Virus record (IMG/VR): IMGVR_UViG_3300032088_001800
Span: 62,001-126,000 of that record
DNA from: an uncultured virus (IMG/VR IMGVR_UViG_3300032088_001800)
Taxonomy: Duplodnaviria; Heunggongvirae; Uroviricota; Caudoviricetes
Length of the DNA stretch: 64,000 nucleotides
Direction: 5' to 3' (one strand)
In this document: in pieces, positions 58,698 to 64,000 of the stretch
How positions within the stretch are numbered: the stretch's first letter is position 1
Layout: each line of letters begins with the position of its first letter
The notes under the pieces: generated by a model
The model's database searches: none
The model's input: the letters and a program-made list of their open reading frames with translations, nothing else
What the model was told of the DNA's origin: nothing
Made by a program: the position numbers and the translations under genes

Positions 58698-59860
58698 TAG
58701 TTATCCGCCTTTGGTTTAAGTGCTTTTGATAAACTCTGTCTTTCTTCAATTGTTTCACCATTAATGTCATTTGTAGCTTCGTTGTTAATAAATTGTGTTT
58801 TGTAGGTATTTCTTACAATCTCATTGCTCATTGTCATTCTTACATCTTGTGCTTGATTAACCCATTTTCTGCCATCATATCTAAATAATCTATTTGGCAA
58901 GAAGTCTGACCTTAAAAAATAGTCGCCTTGTTCAGCTTGCCGTGGAAATTGTATACCCATACCGTAAGGAGCTCCGTTTGGCGCATCTTTTGTGCCTAAC
59001 AAATAGCCACTATATCCTGCTCTATCTGGACGATCAGTAACTTCAGATGCATCAGTTGAAATATTACTTGCATCTAAATCAGCATCGTCTGCTGTCTTAA
59101 GATTAACAGTACCGTCATCATTATATGCAACAGAATAGTAATGACTTATATCATACCCACTAAGTGGAGCATCTGCTTCTGCTTGTTGTACTACAGCATT
59201 ATTAATTTGCATCTCTTTTTCATATGTTGACAGAACATCTCTAAGAGTATTGCCGCCTGGCTCCTCTTCATTAGCAGGTAAGTCTAATATATCTTTAAAT
59301 TCTTGTCCATCGTATATTTGCTTTAATTTAAGTCTATATAGATGCGGATACCAAGTTGGCGAAAAGCCTTCTGCTGCACGATTAACATCTTCAACTACAT
59401 AGAATCTTTTAAGTGCAACACTATAATCATTTTCTGCGTATTCGTCCTTCAAATGCGGCAATTCGATGACATCACCTGACATAATTTTCCTACCAAGGGT
59501 CTTTACACTACTGTTAATGTGTATAGTCATCATCAATGTATCATTACTTAGAAATAATCCAAATTGACTTAAATCAAAGTCAATATCTTGAACATTGTAA
59601 ATAGCTCGCATTTCATAAATATCCGGATCATATTTTCTATCTCTATTTTCAAGAAATAATAGATCCTGTATATTAGATTCTGATGACTGATCATACCTTG
59701 GTTGGTCAGCAGTTGCATCTGATTCATCAGGGTTTGATGCTCCAATATACTTGTGTATATTGATATCTGTACCACCAATAGTAAACATCTCTAGAATTTG
59801 ATTATCTAGAAATTTGTAATCAGCGCCACGTTCGGGTTTGTATAATGATAGTCTTGGCAT
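58697..59860 (-). CDS. gp14: Neck / head-closure protein, gp14-like (start reassigned to ATG 59860)
   Basis: DLLFLENRDRKY, LSQFGLFL, LGRK...GDVIELPH; sits between gp13-like and gp15-like genes. Confidence 0.55.
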   Translation of the reverse strand: MPRLSLYKPERGADYKFLDNQILEMFTIGGTDINIHKYIGASNPDESDATADQPRYDQSSESNIQDLLFLENRDRKYDPDIYEMRAIYNVQDIDFDLSQFGLFLSNDTLMMTIHINSSVKTLGRKIMSGDVIELPHLKDEYAENDYSVALKRFYVVEDVNRAAEGFSPTWYPHLYRLKLKQIYDGQEFKDILDLPANEEEPGGNTLRDVLSTYEKEMQINNAVVQQAEADAPLSGYDISHYYSVAYNDDGTVNLKTADDADLDASNISTDASEVTDRPDRAGYSGYLLGTKDAPNGAPYGMGIQFPRQAEQGDYFLRSDFLPNRLFRYDGRKWVNQAQDVRMTMSNEIVRNTYKTQFINNEATNDINGETIEERQSLSKALKPKADN

Positions 59861-59865
59861 ATACA

Positions 59866-59879
59866 TATTTAGCTAAATA
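59866..59879. promoter_or_regulatory. Back-to-back divergent late promoters forming the palindrome TATTTAGCTAAATA
   Basis: CTAAATA on each strand in the 35-nt gap between divergent neck genes. Confidence 0.7.
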
Positions 59880-59895
59880 CTAATGGAGAATATAT

Positions 59896-60654
59896 ATGTC
59901 GAATTTAGTAACTCAGAAACAAGAAGTGTTTGATTATGTTAATGCCTTCCTCGGAGGTGGCATGATTGATGTCGAACTTGATCCAATACATTATGAAACA
60001 GCTTTGCAAAAGGCATTGAGTCGCTTTAGACAGCGTTCAGATAATTCAGTAGAAGAATCATACTTGTTTATGCCCACAGTGGTAGACCAAAATGAATATA
60101 CATTGCCGCATGAAGTAATGGAAGTACGAAAGTTATTTCGTAGATCAATTGGTTCACGAACCGGCGGCGGAGATGGCGGTAGTTTATTTGAACCCTTTAA
60201 CTTAGCATATACAAATACATACTTGCTGTCAGGATCTAAAATGGGAGGTCTAGCAACATATGATATGTTCTCTCAACACCAAGAACTAGTAGGTAGAATG
60301 TTTGGATCATTTATTGAGTTTACTTGGAATAATACAACTAAAAAATTAACATTACTACAACGCCCTAGAGCAGAAGAAACGCTACTAATATATGCATACA
60401 ACTTACGTCCTGATTCAGAATTATTAAACGACTATCTAGCAAAACAATGGATTAAAGATTATACATTAGCAGGCTGTAAATATATGTTAGGCGAAGCACG
60501 TAGTAAGTTTGCTACTATTGCTGGACCACAAGGTGGTTCTACCTTAAACGGAGAAACACTCAAAGCAGAAGCACAAGCTGAAATGGAAAAGCTAGAACAA
60601 GAAGTAGGACTAGCAGTTGCAGGCGGAACTGGATACGGATTCTTAATCGGATAA
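59896..60654 (+). CDS. gp13: Neck protein, gp13-like
   Basis: LGGGMIDVEL...Y..AL, WIKDYTLA.CK..LG..RSKF....GG.TLNG..L..EA. Confidence 0.75.
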   Translation: MSNLVTQKQEVFDYVNAFLGGGMIDVELDPIHYETALQKALSRFRQRSDNSVEESYLFMPTVVDQNEYTLPHEVMEVRKLFRRSIGSRTGGGDGGSLFEPFNLAYTNTYLLSGSKMGGLATYDMFSQHQELVGRMFGSFIEFTWNNTTKKLTLLQRPRAEETLLIYAYNLRPDSELLNDYLAKQWIKDYTLAGCKYMLGEARSKFATIAGPQGGSTLNGETLKAEAQAEMEKLEQEVGLAVAGGTGYGFLIG

Positions 60655-60659
60655 AACGG

Positions 60660-60688
60660 TTGACATACTGGCTTATGTAGTATATACT
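60660..60688 (+). promoter_or_regulatory. Sigma70-type early/middle promoter
   Basis: TTGACA (60660-60665), 17 nt spacer, TATACT (60683-60688). Confidence 0.8.
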
Positions 60689-60716
60689 GTAAAGTATATT
60701 CAATAAGGAGTCGTTA

Positions 60717-61262
60717 GTGTTACCCAAACTATTAGTCGTAGGACATGGCCGTCACGGCAAAGATACTGTATGCGAAATGCTAGAAGCATACGGATACACA
60801 TTTCAATCATCAAGTAAATTTTGTTCAGAACTTTTTATCTATAAAGATTTAAAAGAACAATACGGGTATGCCAACGAAGAAGAATGTTATACAGATAGAC
60901 ATAATCATCGTACTGAATGGTACAATATGATACATAATTATTGTAGTGATGATTTAGCAAAGTTAGGACGTAACCTATTTGCTAAACATGACATTTATTG
61001 TGGACTACGAAACAAGCGTGAATTTTTTGCAATGCAAAATGAAGAAATATTTGATTATGCTATATGGGTAGATAGAACAGACCATTTACCTTTAGAAAGT
61101 TATCAGTCAATGAGCATTGAACAATGGATGTGTAATTATACTATTGATAATAATGGTACGTTAGATAGACTAGAAAAAAATGTTGATACACTAATCAAAA
61201 CAATATTTAAAAATCAGGGCGTAAGTCTCCCTGTTTCCACACAGCTCCCTCTTTTTGTATAA
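60717..61262 (+). CDS. P-loop kinase, deoxynucleoside monophosphate kinase-like (GTG start)
   Basis: VVGHGRHGKDT P-loop; G.R...E; IWVDR; IDNNGTL..L; AAGGAG SD. Confidence 0.7.
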   Translation: MLPKLLVVGHGRHGKDTVCEMLEAYGYTFQSSSKFCSELFIYKDLKEQYGYANEEECYTDRHNHRTEWYNMIHNYCSDDLAKLGRNLFAKHDIYCGLRNKREFFAMQNEEIFDYAIWVDRTDHLPLESYQSMSIEQWMCNYTIDNNGTLDRLEKNVDTLIKTIFKNQGVSLPVSTQLPLFV

Positions 61263-61542
61263 CACGCTGACAATTAGCACAAACTGTTTTTAAATTACTA
61301 GGTCTACAATTATTAAGATCACCGTCTATGTGGAACACATTAAACTGTTCTTGGTGCTTACTTGTATAACTACATTTTTCACAAATGTTCTTTTTGATAT
61401 AACCTTTTTGTTTCCATTTAGGTATGCCGTGACCTATTCCGTTACGCAAGCAAGTTTCGCACAACTTACGATAATATACTTTATTGTGTTTTTTATAATT
61501 TATTGCTGCCGGACGTTGCCCGCATTTACATAATGGACGCAT
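61207..61542 (-). CDS. Zn-finger/HNH-like protein
   Basis: CKCG..CETC, CEKC..FHIDGDLNN...NLKTVCANC; the terminal His position is Gln. Confidence 0.7.
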   Translation of the reverse strand: MRPLCKCGQRPAAINYKKHNKVYYRKLCETCLRNGIGHGIPKWKQKGYIKKNICEKCSYTSKHQEQFNVFHIDGDLNNCRPSNLKTVCANCQRVIQKEGAVWKQGDLRPDF

Positions 61543-61547
61543 ACTTG

Positions 61548-61554
61548 TATTTAC
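61548..61554 (-). promoter_or_regulatory. Late promoter GTAAATA, 5 nt before ATG 61542
   Basis: Minus strand reads GTAAATA-CAAGT-ATG. Confidence 0.6.
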
Positions 61555-61611
61555 CTCACCTTTTCGATACCTTTTTCGGTGTGATTATAGCACTGATTTG
61601 TTCAAGACGTG

Positions 61612-61618
61612 CTAAATA
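61612..61618 (+). promoter_or_regulatory. Late promoter CTAAATA for the tail sheath gene
   Basis: Consensus upstream of AGGAG SD and ATG 61655. Confidence 0.65.
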
Positions 61619-61654
61619 CATGTAATACAACAACCGTCCAATAGGAGAATCAAT

Positions 61655-64000
61655 ATGGCATTAGTATCCCCAGGTGTAGAGGTCAATGTAATCGACGAGA
61701 GTTTTTACACTCCGGCGGCTGCAGGCACCGTACCAATGATATTTGTTGCAACGGCAGCTGACAAAGTTAAAGGCAGTGGAGCTGGTGTAGCAGAAGGTAC
61801 AAGCGCAGCAAACCAAGGTAGACCTTACCTAATAACAAGTCAAAGAGAGCTTGTGGAAACATTCGGAGATCCGTTGTTCTACTCAGACAATAACGGAAAT
61901 ATGATCCACGCAGGTGAACTTAACGAATACGGACTTCAAACAGCGTATTCACTACTAGGCGTAACAAACAGAGTTTACGTATGTAGAGCAGATATTAACT
62001 TATCAAAACTAGAAGCAAGTGCAACAGCACCAGGCGGTGATCCGCTTGATGGCACTTACTGGTTTGATACACTAAACACAAATGTTGGTGTTAAAGAATG
62101 GAACGGCGCTTCCATTACATCAACAAATGGACAAAGCTTCAGTTCAGTAGTACCAACAATTATTGTTGAAACTAGCAAAGTAGTAGACTATGCAGGCGGC
62201 GACTATACACCAAAAACATCAGTAGGTGCAGTAGGTGATTATGCATTAGTTGCAGTTACAACTGTAAACAGACTATGGTACAAAAACAATGCTGGTGCAT
62301 GGGTAACAGTTGGTGGTGATGCATGGAGAGCAGCATGGGCATCTATTAGAGGCACAGTAAATACTCCAACAGTACCAAGTGGTGTAGATTTAAGTATCGA
62401 CGGCGAAGCAGTAACAACTACAGGTACAACAGTAACACAATTAGCAAGTGATATTAATTCAAATTCAAACCTAGCAACAGCAGGTGTTACAGCAGCAGCA
62501 GTTGACGGTGCATTAGAAATTTATACTAATAACAATTCAGTAGATATTGATGCATCACCGGCTTCAGATGCTGGACTATTAACAGCAGTTGGCTTAACAG
62601 CTGGAACATATTATGCTCCATTTGTTACTGAAGCACCACATACATCGGTTCCAGAATATAAATCAACAGATTCAAATCCAAGACCGACAGGTTCTATTTG
62701 GATGCAAACAACTGCTCCTAATTCAGGTGCAACGTTTACTGTTAAACAGTGGAATGATGATACTAAACTTTGGTCAACTATTCCAGCACCATTGTATGAC
62801 ACAGCAGCAGGTGCTCTTGCAGCACTAGACAAAACAGGCGGTGGCAAGAATCTTGCAATAGGCGATCTATATGTAAATGTAGACGTTGCAGACACAACAC
62901 CAATTGATGCAACTTACAAAATTTTCCGTAGAGCTGCTACAGGCGCAACGAAAATACAAAGTGCAAAAATTGCAGCACAACTATCTGGCGCAAGTGTTAG
63001 CTTTACAATGGCTGAATCCATTATAGGCTCAGCAACTTTAAGTAGCGCAAAAACAATATCATTTACTGGAAGTGGCGCAAGTGCTGATGCAGACGATATG
63101 GCTGGCGCTATTAACAGTGCAGGATTTGTAAACATAACAGCAAGTGTTGATGCACAAAATAGAGTTGTAATTTCACATGCTGGTGGCGGCGAAATGAAAC
63201 TTGTAGATACAAGTGGTGATCTTGCAGTAGCAGGATTTGCACCATATGACGTAAACAATGCAAGTACAACAACAATTAACCTAGACTATGCACCAGGAAC
63301 TGACGATACTACAAATCCAGAGCAGTATGTTGCTAGTAACTGGCGTACATTATCTTATACAGCAGACGACGATGCACCAACAGCATTAGCTGCACAAGGT
63401 GAGTTATGGTATAGTTCAGTAGTTGATGAAGTTGATATTTTGTACCACAATGGTACTACTTGGGTAGGATATGCAGACTCAACAGCATTTCCAACAGCTA
63501 ACTCAACAGGGCCATTAGTTACAGCTAGTGAACCAAAAACACAATCAGATGGTTCTGCACTAGTTGCAGGTGATCTTTGGATTGACACAGCAGACATTGA
63601 AAACTTTCCAACAATGTATCGTTGGACAGCAGCAAGTGAATGGCAGTTAATTGACAAAGCAGACCAAACAACTGAAAATGGTGTGTTATTTGCAGATGCT
63701 CGTTGGGCAGATGCAGGCGCTGATTCGGACGCAGCTTCAATTGAAGAGCTAATGGCATCTAACTACTTAGATCCAGATGCACCGGATCCAGCACTATATC
63801 CAAAAGGTATGTTGTTATGGAACCTACGTAGAAGCGGATTTAACGTTAAGCGTTTTGAGCGTAACTATGTTGATGTTTCATTAACTAACGATCGTGCAGC
63901 AGACGAGTCAATGGCTACTTATTATCCACACCGTTGGGTAACAGACTCTGGTAACCAACCAGATGGTTCAGGAACATTTGGACGTCACGCACAGCGTAAG
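61655..64000 (+). CDS. gp18: Contractile tail sheath protein with large insertions; 3' truncated and missing from the ORF track
   Basis: Hand translation gives MALVSPGVEVNVIDESFYTP...ITSQRELVETFGDP...ELNEYGLQTAYS..VYVCRA, a typical sheath N-terminus; appears open to the window end. Confidence 0.85.
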   Translation, partial: MALVSPGVEVNVIDESFYTPAAAGTVPMIFVATAADKVKGSGAGVAEGTSAANQGRPYLITSQRELVETFGDPLFYSDNNGNMIHAGELNEYGLQTAYSLLGVTNRVYVCRADINLSKLEASATAPGGDPLDGTYWFDTLNTNVGVKEWNGASITSTNGQSFSSVVPTIIVETSKVVDYAGGDYTPKTSVGAVGDYALVAVTTVNRLWYKNNAGAWVTVGGDAWRAAWASIRGTVNTPTVPSGVDLSIDGEAVTTTGTTVTQLASDINSNSNLATAGVTAAAVDGALEIYTNNNSVDIDASPASDAGLLTAVGLTAGTYYAPFVTEAPHTSVPEYKSTDSNPRPTGSIWMQTTAPNSGATFTVKQWNDDTKLWSTIPAPLYDTAAGALAALDKTGGGKNLAIGDLYVNVDVADTTPIDATYKIFRRAATGATKIQSAKIAAQLSGASVSFTMAESIIGSATLSSAKTISFTGSGASADADDMAGAINSAGFVNITASVDAQNRVVISHAGGGEMKLVDTSGDLAVAGFAPYDVNNASTTTINLDYAPGTDDTTNPEQYVASNWRTLSYTADDDAPTALAAQGELWYSSVVDEVDILYHNGTTWVGYADSTAFPTANSTGPLVTASEPKTQSDGSALVAGDLWIDTADIENFPTMYRWTAASEWQLIDKADQTTENGVLFADARWADAGADSDAASIEELMASNYLDPDAPDPALYPKGMLLWNLRRSGFNVKRFERNYVDVSLTNDRAADESMATYYPHRWVTDSGNQPDGSGTFGRHAQRK

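Noticed and set aside
61558..61580. Short direct repeat ACCTTTTCG / ACCTTTTTCG between divergent late promoters
   Set aside because: Only two imperfect copies; no further support
62611..63758. Several short ORFs listed near the window end
   Set aside because: Shadows of the tail sheath gene (61655 to the window end, + strand)

Overview
The window is a continuous virion morphogenesis region of a large, AT-rich T4-like myophage, probably aquatic; the host cannot be determined from this sequence. The head module (gp20 portal, acidic core protein, gp21, gp22, gp23) is followed by a porin-like gene and a stand-alone structured ncRNA candidate. Next come about 28 kb of tail/fibre genes and an inverted 11-gene cassette of two flavin-dependent halogenases, six 2OG-Fe(II) oxygenases and three dUTPase-fold-like paralogs. 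More fibre genes, an S8 protease, neck genes (gp15/14/13-like), a dNMP kinase, an HNH protein and the 5' part of the tail sheath gene complete it; the sheath gene is absent from the ORF track because it runs off the end. Four observations stand out. (1) Six tandem ~150-160 aa helical repeats in a split giant tail protein align by eye with phycobiliprotein subunits and keep the bilin-attachment C-x-[RK]-D motif. (2) The halogenase/oxygenase cassette sits behind late-type promoters next to three C1q-like fibre paralogs, suggesting chemical modification of the virion. (3) Late promoters recur exactly 5 nt before an ATG, implying leaderless late mRNAs. (4) There is an independently transcribed structured RNA and two switch-like 5' leaders. 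All family calls come from motif recognition by eye; no searches were run.
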